Source: Candidatus Kaiserbacteria bacterium RIFCSPHIGHO2_01_FULL_58_22
GTDB lineage: Bacteria; Patescibacteriota; Minisyncoccia; Phycocordibacterales; UBA2100
Length of the DNA: 64,000 bases
NCBI GenBank assembly: GCA_001781445.1
Contig: MFLB01000034.1
Coordinates: forward strand, 17,793-81,792
Direction of reading: 5' to 3'
Below the pieces are notes generated by a model that did not search any database, was not told the origin of the DNA, and was given only the letters and a program-made list of their open reading frames with translations. Positions 55,497-64,000 of the stretch are shown here, one piece after another (the stretch's first letter is position 1; the number at the start of each line of letters is the position of its first letter). The translations under genes and the position numbers were made by a program.

Positions 55497-55991
55497 TCAT
55501 CCGTTGCGTACGAACGCCAAAACCGCGTAGGAGCCGAGGAGCCACCAGAAGCGGTAGGCTTCTCCGAAGACCGCTTGCGCGTCGGGGCCGAAGCGCCAGA
55601 GCGCGTCGAGGGCGGGCGTCGCGAGCCAGAAGGTCGTGAGGATGGCCGTGAGCGCGACGCCGCCGAGCGCCGCCTGTATCGTCTGCCCCGACTCCCCGCC
55701 CCACGAAAGCCCGATGCGCCCTATGAGAACGTACGAGACTACGACGAGAATGCCGAGAAGGACGGCTTCCAGGATGGGCGTCGAGAACTGCTCGGTGATG
55801 CCGCCGAGGAACGCCGCTTTTTTCGACGCGGAGAAGAGCAGGAGCGCGATGGGTAGCGCGAGCGCGAGCGTGCACGCGCGGCGCGCGCCGGAGCGCAGGC
55901 AGTCGAATGCCGCGAATATCGCGAAAGCCCCCAAGATCATCCAGTCGGTCGGAACCGCGTTATAGAGAGAAGCCACCGGGTCAAAATTCAT
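55497..55991 (-). CDS. CvpA-like small membrane protein (tentative)
   Basis: 164 aa with four TM helices. Architecture is similar to CvpA. Confidence 0.4.
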   Translation of the reverse strand: MNFDPVASLYNAVPTDWMILGAFAIFAAFDCLRSGARRACTLALALPIALLLFSASKKAAFLGGITEQFSTPILEAVLLGILVVVSYVLIGRIGLSWGGESGQTIQAALGGVALTAILTTFWLATPALDALWRFGPDAQAVFGEAYRFWWLLGSYAVLAFVRNG

Positions 55992-55992
55992 A

Positions 55993-56070
55993 GCTGACAG
56001 TTTACAGATTACAGTTTACGGCAAAATACGGCGATATTGACTGTTCACTGTTAACTGTTCACTGTTAACT
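55993..56070 (+). repeat. two heptamer tandem-repeat runs (AGCTGAC AGTTTAC AGATTAC AGTTTAC ...; TGACTGT TCACTGT TAACTGT TCACTGT TAACT)
   Basis: 7-bp periodicity in the dnaJ-cvpA spacer, immediately upstream of the CvpA-like start codon (minus strand). Confidence 0.6.
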
Positions 56071-56074
56071 TTCT

Positions 56075-57178
56075 CTACAGCCCTTCTTCGCTCCGGAGCT
56101 TTTCGACGAGATCGCGGGCGCCTTTTGAAAGTTTCTTCGGGAATTCTATCTCGATCCGCACGAGAAAGTCTCCCCGCGCTCCCCTGCCGTAGGGCACGCC
56201 CTTGCTCCGGATGCGCAGGGTCTCTCCGTGCGAGACGCCCGCCGGCACCTTCAGCATCTCTTCGCCGTCGAGCGTGTGGAGGCGGTATTCGCCGCCGAGG
56301 AGCGCGTCGGTGAGCTTAATGGGAAGAATGGTCAGGATATTATTTCCCTCGCGCGAAAAATTCACGTCGGGCTTCACGTGGAGCTTCACGTACAGATCGC
56401 CCGGATTGCCGCCGGGCGCCGCTTCGCCACGTCCGGGCATGCGGATCATTTCTCCGTCGGAGACGCCCGCCGGTATGGAAATGCGTATCTCTTCTTCGCG
56501 CTTCGCGACGCCTTCGCCGCGGCATGCTTCGCACGGCGTTTCCGGCGTCTCGCCCTTGCCGCGGCAGTGCGGGCAGACGCGTGTCGAAGTGAAGGTGCCG
56601 AAGAAGGAATTGCGCGTCTCGCGGATGTCACCCTTGCCGTTGCAGGCCATGCAGGCAACGATCTTCGAGCCTTTCTGCGCGCCCGTGCCGCCACAGACCG
56701 TACATGCGGCAACCTTCGCGATGAGAACGCGGCGTTCGGAACCGAAAATAGCCTCGCGGAACGGCAATTCGATGTCTATCGAAATGTCGCGCCCTCTCGC
56801 GCGGCCCCGTGGCGAGCCGCCGAAAAACTCGCCGAACACGTCTCCGAGATCGAACTCGAACGCCTGTCCGCCGCCGAAGCCGAAACCTTGCCCTCCGAAG
56901 GAGGGTCCGCCTCCGGCGGAGAAATTGGAAAAGTCGAAACCGCCGAAGCCGGGGCCCTGCGCCCCGCCGCCCGCGAAGGTGCGGCCGTAGGTGTCGTATT
57001 CGGCGCGTCGCTTCTTGTCGGAGAGCACGGCGTACGCCTCGCTCACCTCCTTGAACTTCTTCTCGTCGCCTCCCTTCTTGTCGGGATGGTACTTGTGCGC
57101 GAGCTTCCTGAACGCGCTCTTGATGTCTTCCTCGCTTGCTCCTTTCTGAACGCCGAGGACCTGGTAGTAGTCTTTCAT
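56075..57178 (-). CDS. dnaJ: molecular chaperone DnaJ
   Basis: J-domain (HPD), G/F-rich region and four CxxCxGxG repeats. Confidence 0.9.
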   Translation of the reverse strand: MKDYYQVLGVQKGASEEDIKSAFRKLAHKYHPDKKGGDEKKFKEVSEAYAVLSDKKRRAEYDTYGRTFAGGGAQGPGFGGFDFSNFSAGGGPSFGGQGFGFGGGQAFEFDLGDVFGEFFGGSPRGRARGRDISIDIELPFREAIFGSERRVLIAKVAACTVCGGTGAQKGSKIVACMACNGKGDIRETRNSFFGTFTSTRVCPHCRGKGETPETPCEACRGEGVAKREEEIRISIPAGVSDGEMIRMPGRGEAAPGGNPGDLYVKLHVKPDVNFSREGNNILTILPIKLTDALLGGEYRLHTLDGEEMLKVPAGVSHGETLRIRSKGVPYGRGARGDFLVRIEIEFPKKLSKGARDLVEKLRSEEGL

Positions 57179-57267
57179 ACGCTACATTATATGGGTACTG
57201 CATGATTACGCAAATCATTCTTTCTCGCGCTGTATGAAGATGTGCACAGCTGAACAAATATTCATAC

Positions 57268-57294
57268 AGGCAAAATGCCTGCCTTATATGGCAG
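57268..57294 (-). terminator. overlapping alternative hairpins CAGGCAaaaTGCCTG / CCTGCCttatatGGCAGG plus direct repeat AGGTTAAACCTACT x2 (57293-57325) in the dnaK-dnaJ spacer
   Basis: Read from the sequence. The function (attenuator, processing site or partial terminator) is not determinable here. Confidence 0.35.
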
Positions 57295-57320
57295 GTTAAA
57301 CCTACTAGGAGAGGTTAAAC

Positions 57321-59198
57321 CTACTGGGATTTAGGCGGTTCCTCGGGAGGTGTTTGCTTGTTTCCCGGTTGGTCGCTGGGAGGCGGAGTCTGTTGCTGGT
57401 TTTGTGACATCGCCTGCCCTATCGCGCTCATCGCGGTTGAAAGCGCTTCGGAAGCGGATTTAATCGCGGCGGCGTCCGTGCCGTTTCTTGAAGATTTGAG
57501 AGCGTCTATTTTTTCCTGCACGTTCTTCTTTATGTCCTCGCTCACTTTGTCGCCATGTTCTTTGAGCGCCTTTTCTGCGGCATAGGCAAGCTGGTCGGCG
57601 GCGTTCTGCGCTTCCACGAGCTCTTTCTTCCGCTTGTCGGATTCCGCGTTCGCCTCCGCGTCCTTTTTCATCTTCTCCACTTCCGCCTCCGAAAGGCCGG
57701 AGCGCGCCTCGATGCGGATGGATTGCTCCTTGCCGCTCGTTTTGTCTTTGGCTTTCACGCTCAAAATGCCGTTGGCATCGATGTCGAAGGAGACCTCGAC
57801 TTGCGGCACGCCGCGCGGCGCGGGCGGGATGCCGTCGAGGTTGAAGCGGCCGAGCGATTTGTTGTCGGATGCCATGGGCCGCTCGCCCTGCACGACGTGT
57901 ATCTCGACGGACGGCTGGTTGTCGGAGGCTGTCGAGAAGAGCTGGGAGCGGGAGGTCGGTATCGTCGTGTTGCGCTCGATGAGATGCGTCGCGACGCCGC
58001 CGAGGGTCTCGATGCCCAAGCTCAACGGGATGACATCGAGAAGAAGTACGTCCTTCACGTCGCCACGCAGGATGCCGCCCTGTATCGCCGCGCCGATCGC
58101 TACGACCTCGTCGGGGTTCACGCCCATGTGCGGCTTCTTGCCGAAGAGTTTTTCGACCGCCTGCTGGATGGCTGGCATGCGGGTCTGGCCGCCGACGAGC
58201 ACGACCTCGTTGATGTCGCCCGTCTTGAAGGGAGAGGCTTCCATCGCGCGCTTCGCGATCGCCATCGCGCGCTCGATGAACTCGGAAGAGAGCTCCTCGA
58301 GCTTCGCGCGGCTCATCTTGAGGAGCAGGTGGCGCGGGCCAGAAGAGTCGGAAGTGATGAACGGGACGTTTATCTCGGTGTCGACGGCCGTCGAGAGCTC
58401 TATCTTCGCTTTTTCGGCCGCTTCGTCGAGGCGCTGGCGCGCGAGAGGGTCGTTGAGGACGTCGATGCCGGATTCTTTTTTGAACTCTCCGGCTATCCAC
58501 GCCATGATCTTCTGATCGAGATCCTTGCCGCCGAGGTGCGCGTCGCCGTCGGTCGAGCGGACCTCAATGACGTCGTCGCCGACCTCCAATACCGATATGT
58601 CGAACGTGCCGCCGCCGAAGTCGAAAACGGCTATCTTTTCGTTCTTCTTTTTGTTGAACCCGTACGCGAGCGCCGCCGCCGTCGGCTCGTTGATGATGCG
58701 CTTCACGTCGAGGCCCGCGATCTTTCCCGCGTCTTTCGTTGCCTGCCGCTGGGAGTCGTTGAAGTAGGCCGGGACGGTGATGACCGCCTCCGTGATAGTC
58801 TCGCCGAGGCGCGCTTCCGCGTCGGCTTTTAATTTCTGCAGTATCATCGCGGAGATCTCCTCCGGGCGGTGCCATGTTTCGCCCATCTTCACCTCGATGC
58901 CGCCGTTCGCGCTTTTTTGCGTTTCGAAAGGCACCGCCGCGCGGTCTTTCGCGACGGCGGGTTCGTCGAAGGTATGGCCGATGAACCGCTTTATCTGGTA
59001 GACCGTGTTCTTCGGGTTCGTGACGGCCTGCCGCTTCGCGAGGAGTCCCACAAGGCGCTCCCCCGTTTTCGAGACGGCGACGACGGAAGGCGTCGTACGC
59101 GCGCCTTCGGCGTTCTCTATGATCTCCGGCTCTCCGGCCATAACGGCCGCCATCGCGGAGTTGGTCGTTCCGAGGTCTATTCCGAGGATTTTTGACAT
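57321..59198 (-). CDS. dnaK: molecular chaperone DnaK (Hsp70)
   Basis: [25 protein letters not shown] and other Hsp70 signatures. 625 aa. Confidence 0.95.
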   Translation of the reverse strand: MSKILGIDLGTTNSAMAAVMAGEPEIIENAEGARTTPSVVAVSKTGERLVGLLAKRQAVTNPKNTVYQIKRFIGHTFDEPAVAKDRAAVPFETQKSANGGIEVKMGETWHRPEEISAMILQKLKADAEARLGETITEAVITVPAYFNDSQRQATKDAGKIAGLDVKRIINEPTAAALAYGFNKKKNEKIAVFDFGGGTFDISVLEVGDDVIEVRSTDGDAHLGGKDLDQKIMAWIAGEFKKESGIDVLNDPLARQRLDEAAEKAKIELSTAVDTEINVPFITSDSSGPRHLLLKMSRAKLEELSSEFIERAMAIAKRAMEASPFKTGDINEVVLVGGQTRMPAIQQAVEKLFGKKPHMGVNPDEVVAIGAAIQGGILRGDVKDVLLLDVIPLSLGIETLGGVATHLIERNTTIPTSRSQLFSTASDNQPSVEIHVVQGERPMASDNKSLGRFNLDGIPPAPRGVPQVEVSFDIDANGILSVKAKDKTSGKEQSIRIEARSGLSEAEVEKMKKDAEANAESDKRKKELVEAQNAADQLAYAAEKALKEHGDKVSEDIKKNVQEKIDALKSSRNGTDAAAIKSASEALSTAMSAIGQAMSQNQQQTPPPSDQPGNKQTPPEEPPKSQ

Positions 59199-59220
59199 AC
59201 CATTTAGAGAAAATTAGCGG

Positions 59221-59769
59221 TTAATGCGGGGAAGATTTTAATACAACCTGCGCGGGACGCAAGACCCGCGCCTTTGTGCGGTATCCGTAGCGCAATATAC
59301 GCACGACGGAGTTCGGCTCTCCTGGAACGTCATCGACGCCTTGAACCGCCTCGTGAATTTTGGCGTCGAACATCTCTCCTACCTTTCCGTAGCGTTCTAT
59401 CCCGTGCTGGCGGAGAGCCTCGATGAGCTGGTCGCGCACATGCTCCATGCCGCTCTTCCAGCCGTCGGAGACCTCCGCCCACACCTCGCTTCCAGCCGCC
59501 ATGTCGAAGCCATCGAGCGCGGGGATGATGTCGTGCACCAGCGCCTCGCGTAAAAGTTCCGCGCTCCGCGCTGCCCGCGTTTCCGCATCCTTCTTCGCGT
59601 TTATCGCGTCGGCCTTGCACCTCTGCCAGCCGTCGAGGTATTCCTGCCGTTCTTTCTTCACTTTCTCAAGCTCGTCGCGAAGTTTCTTTAGCTTCGCCTG
59701 CGCGGCGCCGAGGTCGCCAAGCTCCTCCTCGGGCTCAAACTGCACGTCGTCTTCTTGAGCATCGTTCAT
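59221..59769 (-). CDS. grpE: nucleotide exchange factor GrpE
   Basis: Coiled-coil N-terminus and GrpE C-domain. 182 aa. Confidence 0.85.
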   Translation of the reverse strand: MNDAQEDDVQFEPEEELGDLGAAQAKLKKLRDELEKVKKERQEYLDGWQRCKADAINAKKDAETRAARSAELLREALVHDIIPALDGFDMAAGSEVWAEVSDGWKSGMEHVRDQLIEALRQHGIERYGKVGEMFDAKIHEAVQGVDDVPGEPNSVVRILRYGYRTKARVLRPAQVVLKSSPH

Positions 59770-59833
59770 GACGAGAGCGAGTGTATCACACTCGCGACAT
59801 CAAAAAAAGAATCGGAAATCAGAATCGGAAATC

Positions 59834-60154
59834 CTATTTCGCGTCCGTGTCGGGAACCAGAGTATCGAGTAATTTCAGATCTTCGTCAGTAAGATATTCT
59901 CCAGTCACGTATTTATTGAGCAGATCGAGTTCTTCGATAGTTAACATCCTTCCTTTCGGGTCGCCGATATTGTAGAGCGCACGCGTCACGTAGAGGTGTC
60001 GAATCCTCGGATTCTCGATCTTCAGCGACTCTTCTCGTATGAGAGCGTAAGGATTTTCAACTTCTTTATCCAAAAAATTGTATTCAAGCCTGTCTGCGCT
60101 GACTGACAATCCTTTCTGGGATCGTACTGGTCCTTCGTTGGGCTTTTCTTTCAT
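59834..60154 (-). CDS. hypothetical protein (lower GC)
   Basis: 106-aa ORF upstream of grpE. No family recognised. Confidence 0.4.
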   Translation of the reverse strand: MKEKPNEGPVRSQKGLSVSADRLEYNFLDKEVENPYALIREESLKIENPRIRHLYVTRALYNIGDPKGRMLTIEELDLLNKYVTGEYLTDEDLKLLDTLVPDTDAK

Positions 60155-60190
60155 ATGCGGATATCGGGACGCATTATTTTTAACGGAGGG

Positions 60191-60589
60191 CTAGCGTTTG
60201 CTCCACTGCGGAGCGCGACGCGCCGCTTTGAGGCCGAACTTCTTGCGCTCTTTCCCGCGCGGGTCGCGCTTGAGGAAACCGCGCACTTTGAGGTCTTTTC
60301 GCTGTTCGGGAACGACTTCCGCCATCGCGCGGGAAAGCCCCATGCGTATCGCCTCGGCCTGTGCCTTGAGGCCGCCGCCGCGGACTTTCGCCGAAACGGC
60401 GTAGTGTGCGCCTAGCGCCGAGAGAGGCGCGTAGGCGGTCTGTACCATATCCTGAAGCGGAAAATACGCGTCGGCGGACTTGCCGTTGACTATCATGGAC
60501 GCGCTTTTGGCCGCCTCGATGCGCACGCGCGCGGTCGCGGTTTTCCTCCGTCCAATTGCTTCCGTATATCGCTCTGGTTTTGTTACCAT
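60191..60589 (-). CDS. rpsI: 30S ribosomal protein S9
   Basis: GRRKTATARV...GGGLKAQAEAIRMGLSRAM...FLKRDPRGKERKK. Confidence 0.9.
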   Translation of the reverse strand: MVTKPERYTEAIGRRKTATARVRIEAAKSASMIVNGKSADAYFPLQDMVQTAYAPLSALGAHYAVSAKVRGGGLKAQAEAIRMGLSRAMAEVVPEQRKDLKVRGFLKRDPRGKERKKFGLKAARRAPQWSKR

Positions 60590-60612
60590 GATTCTTTTTT
60601 AGAAGCCGGCGG

Positions 60613-60960
60613 TCAGTCGCTGATTATAAGATTTTTCATACGAGAAGTACGGAATGTATTGCGAGGAAGCATACGTTCTACCGCTCGGCGAAGCGGCATT
60701 CCAGGCCCCCGGCGCTTCGAGAGCATCGTGAAGCTCTCTTTGCGCTGGCCGCTCGGGTAGCCCGAGTATGTCTTATATATTTTTTGCGTACGCTTTTTTT
60801 CAGGCATGGAGAGCTTGGCGGCGTTGGTTATTCTCACCTGCACGTCTGAGCGTATGTGCGGCGTGTAGTCGGGAGAAGTCTTGCCCATGAGCGCTTTGGC
60901 CGCTTCCGAGGCGACTCTGCCGAGGCTTTTCCCCGATGCGTCAATGGTGTATTCAGACAT
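60613..60960 (-). CDS. rplM: 50S ribosomal protein L13 (short)
   Basis: IDASGKSLGRVASEAAKALMGK...YTPH...YSGYPSG. Confidence 0.85.
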   Translation of the reverse strand: MSEYTIDASGKSLGRVASEAAKALMGKTSPDYTPHIRSDVQVRITNAAKLSMPEKKRTQKIYKTYSGYPSGQRKESFTMLSKRRGPGMPLRRAVERMLPRNTFRTSRMKNLIISD

Positions 60961-60978
60961 AAAACTATTGACCGTAGG

Positions 60979-61332
60979 CTATTTGATGAATTCGATTCGA
61001 GCCATTTCCCCCACGCGCTTCCCTACTCGGCCTAGTCGGACGATGCGCGTATACCCTCCCGCGCGTTTGGTGTAGCGGGTCGCGAGCTCTCGTAGCTTTC
61101 GCTCTGTGTCCAGGGCTCCACCGAGCCGCTCGACTACAATGTGACTTGCGGCGAGGGTTCCCTTTTTGCTTGTCGTAATCAGGCGCTCCACATACGGACG
61201 AAGCGCTTTCGCCTTGGCGGTCGTCGTCGTGATGCCTTCGGAGAGAACGAGCGAGCGGGCGAGAGAGCGCAAGAGCGCGGTCCGTTGGCCCTTTTCGCGT
61301 CCGAGTTTTCTGTTGCGATCGTGATGCCGCAT
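60979..61332 (-). CDS. rplQ: 50S ribosomal protein L17
   Basis: MRHHDRNRKLGREKGQRTALLRSLARSL...TTTAKAKALRPYVERLIT. Confidence 0.9.
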   Translation of the reverse strand: MRHHDRNRKLGREKGQRTALLRSLARSLVLSEGITTTTAKAKALRPYVERLITTSKKGTLAASHIVVERLGGALDTERKLRELATRYTKRAGGYTRIVRLGRVGKRVGEMARIEFIK

Positions 61333-61333
61333 G

Positions 61334-62305
61334 TTATTGCCTGAGCGTCAGTCCGAGATTCGAGAGCGCGCGCTTGATGTCCTGCAGGCCCTTCTGGCCG
61401 AGGCCTTCGATGGAGAGAAGATCATCCTCGCGTTTGCGAACGAGGCCGCCGACGGTGCGGATGGACGCGTTGTCGAGCGCGGCTTCGACGCGCTGGGGAA
61501 GCGCGAGTTCCGTGATGCGCGTCTTCAGCATCTCGGCGTCGACGGCGGCTCCCTTCTCGTGGCGGGCGCTCGCGAGCGAGGGCTCCGTGGCGTCTCCCGC
61601 CTCGGCGCTCTCTTCTTCCTTGAAGCCGACGATCGCCTTGAGCTGGTGGATCATCGTTTCTATCGCCCGTTCGAGCGCTTCGCGGGGCTCCATGGTGCCG
61701 TCGGTCTCGATGAGGATGCGGAGGCGGTTGAAATCGGTCCGGTCGCCGACGCGCATGTTCTCCACTTCGTAGTTGACGCGGCGTATCGGACTGAATATCG
61801 CGTCGAGCGCGATGGTGCCGACCTCGACGCGGTCTTTCTGGTGCGATTCCTTCGGGATGTAGCCGAGGCCCTTCTCGGCCCGCATCTCAAGTTCGAGCGA
61901 CGCTTTTCCTGTCATCTCCGCGATGTGGCTCTCCGGATTCAGTATCTCCACTTGCCCCGGCGCCTTGAGATCGGCGGCGGTAACGGCGCGCGGGCCTTTC
62001 GCGGAGAGAGTGATGGTCTGGGCCTCGTCGGTCGCGATCTTGAGTCGGATCTTGCGGATGTTCAGCAAAATGGTCACGACGTCTTCCTTCACGCCCTCGA
62101 TGGTCGAGAATTCGTGCGAAACGCCGGGGATCTTCACGTGCGTTATCGCGGCGCCGGGAAGCGAGGAGAGGATAATGCGCCGCAGGGAGTTGCCCAGCGT
62201 GTAGCCGTAGCCGGGATAGAGGCCGTCTATCTCGTACGTGCCGCTGTGTCCCGACTCCGAGACGACGCGCGGCTTGGAGGGAAGGGCTATGTGATAATCG
62301 GACAT
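61334..62305 (-). CDS. rpoA: DNA-directed RNA polymerase subunit alpha
   Basis: GYGYTLGNSLRRIILSSLPG N-terminal domain and alpha-CTD. Start at the internal Met (62305). Confidence 0.9.
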   Translation of the reverse strand: MSDYHIALPSKPRVVSESGHSGTYEIDGLYPGYGYTLGNSLRRIILSSLPGAAITHVKIPGVSHEFSTIEGVKEDVVTILLNIRKIRLKIATDEAQTITLSAKGPRAVTAADLKAPGQVEILNPESHIAEMTGKASLELEMRAEKGLGYIPKESHQKDRVEVGTIALDAIFSPIRRVNYEVENMRVGDRTDFNRLRILIETDGTMEPREALERAIETMIHQLKAIVGFKEEESAEAGDATEPSLASARHEKGAAVDAEMLKTRITELALPQRVEAALDNASIRTVGGLVRKREDDLLSIEGLGQKGLQDIKRALSNLGLTLRQ

Positions 62306-62378
62306 ATGTTCATGTGCGGACCTATTGGTAATTGAACACAAAAAACGCGTAAAAACGCTCGCGAGTATACACCAGATC

Positions 62379-62990
62379 TTATCTGCTGTAAAACTCGAAC
62401 AGCGTCGGGTAATCCAGCGCGGTCTCGGCCGGAACGTACGACGGCTCTCCTCCGACTTCGATCGTCAGGGCTCCGGGGTCGTACGAAAGCCACTGCGGCG
62501 CGGCGCGCGAAGCCTCCTGCCCTTCCTCCGTGAGCCGCGCGAAGAGCGGGCTCCGCTTGCTTCCCTCGCGGATAGAGATCGTGTCGCCTTTCTTCGCTCG
62601 GTGCGAGGGCGTCGTTGTGCGCTTTCCGTTGATGAGCACGTGGCCGTGGGAGACGAGCTGGCGCGCCGCCCGCCGCGTGGGTGCGATGCCGGCGCGGTAT
62701 ATCACGCTGTCGAGGCGCATTTCGAGCATCCGATGGAGGCTCCCGGAAGGGTCCGCCGCCCGGTACGCCTCCTTGGCGTAGTTTCCGAGCTGGCGCTCGG
62801 AGATGCCGTACGTGTAGCGCACGCGCTGTTTTTCGAGAAGCTGGCGGCCGTAGTCGCCCCCGCCGCGTCCGCCGCGCCTGACCTTCTTGACGCGCGCTTC
62901 CGAAAGCGCGAACTTTTGGGTCTGCGTCTGCTCGAAGATGCCGGCGCCGAGGCGCTTCGCTATTTTGTATTTGGATTTTACGGGCAACAT
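62379..62990 (-). CDS. rpsD: 30S ribosomal protein S4
   Basis: KRLGAGIFEQ..., the S4 domain LEMRLDSVIYRAGIAPTRRAARQLVSHGHVLINGKR. Confidence 0.9.
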   Translation of the reverse strand: MLPVKSKYKIAKRLGAGIFEQTQTQKFALSEARVKKVRRGGRGGGDYGRQLLEKQRVRYTYGISERQLGNYAKEAYRAADPSGSLHRMLEMRLDSVIYRAGIAPTRRAARQLVSHGHVLINGKRTTTPSHRAKKGDTISIREGSKRSPLFARLTEEGQEASRAAPQWLSYDPGALTIEVGGEPSYVPAETALDYPTLFEFYSR

Positions 62991-62999
62991 ATCAGACAG

Positions 63000-63028
63000 G
63001 CGAATAGCGAACAGCGAATAGCGAATAG
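63000..63028 (+). repeat. heptamer tandem repeat (GCGAATA GCGAACA GCGAATA GCGAATA), ending 9 nt upstream of the rpsD start codon
   Basis: 7-bp periodicity read from the sequence. Confidence 0.6.
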
Positions 63029-63092
63029 ATCTCCTGAATTGACCACTTAATTTTAGTTTTCATACTATTCACTTTTCGCTTTTCTCTATTAA

Positions 63093-63527
63093 CTAGACCC
63101 GACGTGGTTTAGGCGGACGCGGGCCGTTGTGCGGCACCGGGGTTTCGTCCGCGATGCGGGTTACCTCGATGCCCTTTCCCGCGAATCCGCGGAGCGCTGA
63201 TTCGCGGCCCGCGCCGACTCCGCGGATGACGACGTCGACTTCCTTGACGCCGATGATCGCCGCCTTGTCGCCCACGAGCTCCCCCACTTTGGCGGCCGCG
63301 AACGGCGTGCCCTTCTTCGCTCCCGAAAATCCGAGCGCGCCGGAGGAAGACCATGCGACGGCGTTCCCCTCCTTGTCCGCGAGCAGGACCTTGGTGTTGT
63401 TGTAGGTCGCATGGATGTGGAGGGTTCCCGACAGGATGTTTTTTTTCGCGACGCGGGCCAACGACCTCGACTTGAGCCCTTGGTCGACCGTACCGCCCGA
63501 TTTGCGTATTATGCGCTTTTTTCCCAT
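63093..63527 (-). CDS. rpsK: 30S ribosomal protein S11
   Basis: GTLHIHATYNNTKVLLADKEGNAVAWSSSG...VDVVIRGVGAGRESALRGFA. Start at the internal Met. Confidence 0.9.
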   Translation of the reverse strand: MGKKRIIRKSGGTVDQGLKSRSLARVAKKNILSGTLHIHATYNNTKVLLADKEGNAVAWSSSGALGFSGAKKGTPFAAAKVGELVGDKAAIIGVKEVDVVIRGVGAGRESALRGFAGKGIEVTRIADETPVPHNGPRPPKPRRV

Positions 63528-63571
63528 GTTAGTTTTTCTTAACGAATGAAATGAGTTTAGAAACAACTTGC

Positions 63572-63622
63572 ACCCAGCCCCAGTTTTGGGTAAGTTTCAA
63601 TTCATCAAAACTGGGGCTGGGT
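63572..63622. promoter_or_regulatory. hairpin with perfect 16-bp arms (ACCCAGCCCCAGTTTT ... AAAACTGGGGCTGGGT, 19-nt loop) in the rpsM-rpsK spacer
   Basis: Read from the sequence. Sits within an r-protein operon. Confidence 0.4.
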
Positions 63623-63659
63623 TAAGAATATGTAATTCGCTTCGCTCATAACATCTTTT

Positions 63660-64000
63660 TTATGTTTTCTCCAACTTCCTGCGACCCGATGTCATCGTTT
63701 TTCGCACATTGCCGCGCACCGTGCGCGAGTTGGTCTTGGTGCGCTGGCCGCGAGCCGGCAATTTCTTCGCGTGCCGGACGCCGCGATGAGACTTGATGTC
63801 CTTGAGGCGCCGTATGTTGCCGCTCACCTCGCGGCGCAATTCCCCTTCTATCTTGTGCTTCTCGATCGCCTCCCGGAGCGCGGTCTCTTCCGATGCGGAA
63901 AGCTCGTTCGGACGCTTGCCGGGCTCTATGCCGAGCGTCGAGAGTACGGCGAGCGCGCGCGGCCTCCCCACGCCGTAGATCGAAGTAAGCGCTATCTCAA
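63660..64000 (-). CDS. rpsM: 30S ribosomal protein S13 (5' end beyond window)
   Basis: ...EIALTSIYGVGRPRALAVL...HRGVRHAKKLPARGQRTKTNSRT. The ORF runs off the window edge. Confidence 0.85.
   Translation of the reverse strand, partial: EIALTSIYGVGRPRALAVLSTLGIEPGKRPNELSASEETALREAIEKHKIEGELRREVSGNIRRLKDIKSHRGVRHAKKLPARGQRTKTNSRTVRGNVRKTMTSGRRKLEKT

Noticed and set aside
56228-58832. Plus-strand 325-aa and 425-aa ORFs opposite dnaJ and dnaK
   Set aside because: They are antisense to the chaperone genes, the most conserved proteins in the window.
1-64000. CRISPR arrays, rRNA and tRNA genes
   Set aside because: I saw no run of regularly spaced 25-40 bp repeats with unique spacers. The heptamer arrays are too short and contiguous for CRISPR. 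No rRNA-like regions stood out. I did not recognise any cloverleaf tRNA in the non-coding gaps (5529-5669, 18087-18231, 26613-27235), though a covariance-model scan was not possible.

Overview
This is a high-GC (~60-65%) bacterial chromosomal window, densely coded on both strands. From left to right it contains the following.

- **1-10.4 kb, metal-homeostasis locus:** a CsoR/RcnR-family repressor, a DUF305 protein with a Met/Gly-rich tract, a DUF411/CopG-like CxCC protein, membrane and secreted Cys/His-rich proteins, a DsrE-like protein, and a CPH-type P1B ATPase with an N-terminal CPMHPE heavy-metal-binding domain. GC-tract inverted repeats (CsoR/RcnR operator-like) overlap the promoters of both the repressor and the ATPase.
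- **Insert inside that locus:** a 3.25-kb segment bounded by perfect 37-bp direct repeats has been inserted at the 3' end of a gene. It carries a markedly AT-rich two-gene AbiEi/AbiEii-like (wHTH + DUF1814 nucleotidyltransferase) cassette.
- **11.5-26.6 kb, biosynthesis genes:** bifunctional aspartokinase/homoserine dehydrogenase, asd, gdhA, DoxX, an IMPase, and a YerC/TrpR-like gene immediately upstream of a compact his operon. The his operon is hisG (short form), hisD, hisC, bifunctional hisB, hisH, an unusual single-ORF hisA-hisF fusion, and hisIE.
- **27-44 kb, housekeeping genes:** cysS with a degenerate KMSKS motif, a Kef-type antiporter, CtpA, rplI/rpmA, an exonuclease, a NUDIX protein, a XerC/D-like recombinase, an M23 peptidase, gltX, murG-ftsW-mraY, a DacA-like protein and scpAB.
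- **44.4-48.4 kb, mobile-element region:** two copies (one full, one internally deleted) of an IS200-like Y1/HUH transposase element with conserved ends. They flank a lower-GC segment and abut truncated typA/BipA and GH18-like gene fragments.
- **48-64 kb, remainder:** an AspRS/AsnRS-type synthetase, trpS, a HepT/MntA toxin-antitoxin pair, an orphan sensor kinase, an amidinotransferase, an EamA transporter, grpE-dnaK-dnaJ, and an r-protein/rpoA cluster (rpsM, rpsK, rpsD, rpoA, rplQ, rplM, rpsI).

Three genome-wide signatures stand out. Many intergenic spacers carry 7-bp-period tandem repeats, often running right up to the start codon. Shine-Dalgarno motifs are essentially absent. Several predicted promoters place the -10 element only a few bases upstream of the ATG, suggesting leaderless mRNAs.

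No rRNA, tRNA or CRISPR array was found. Many long antisense ORFs in the six-frame track are high-GC artefacts.
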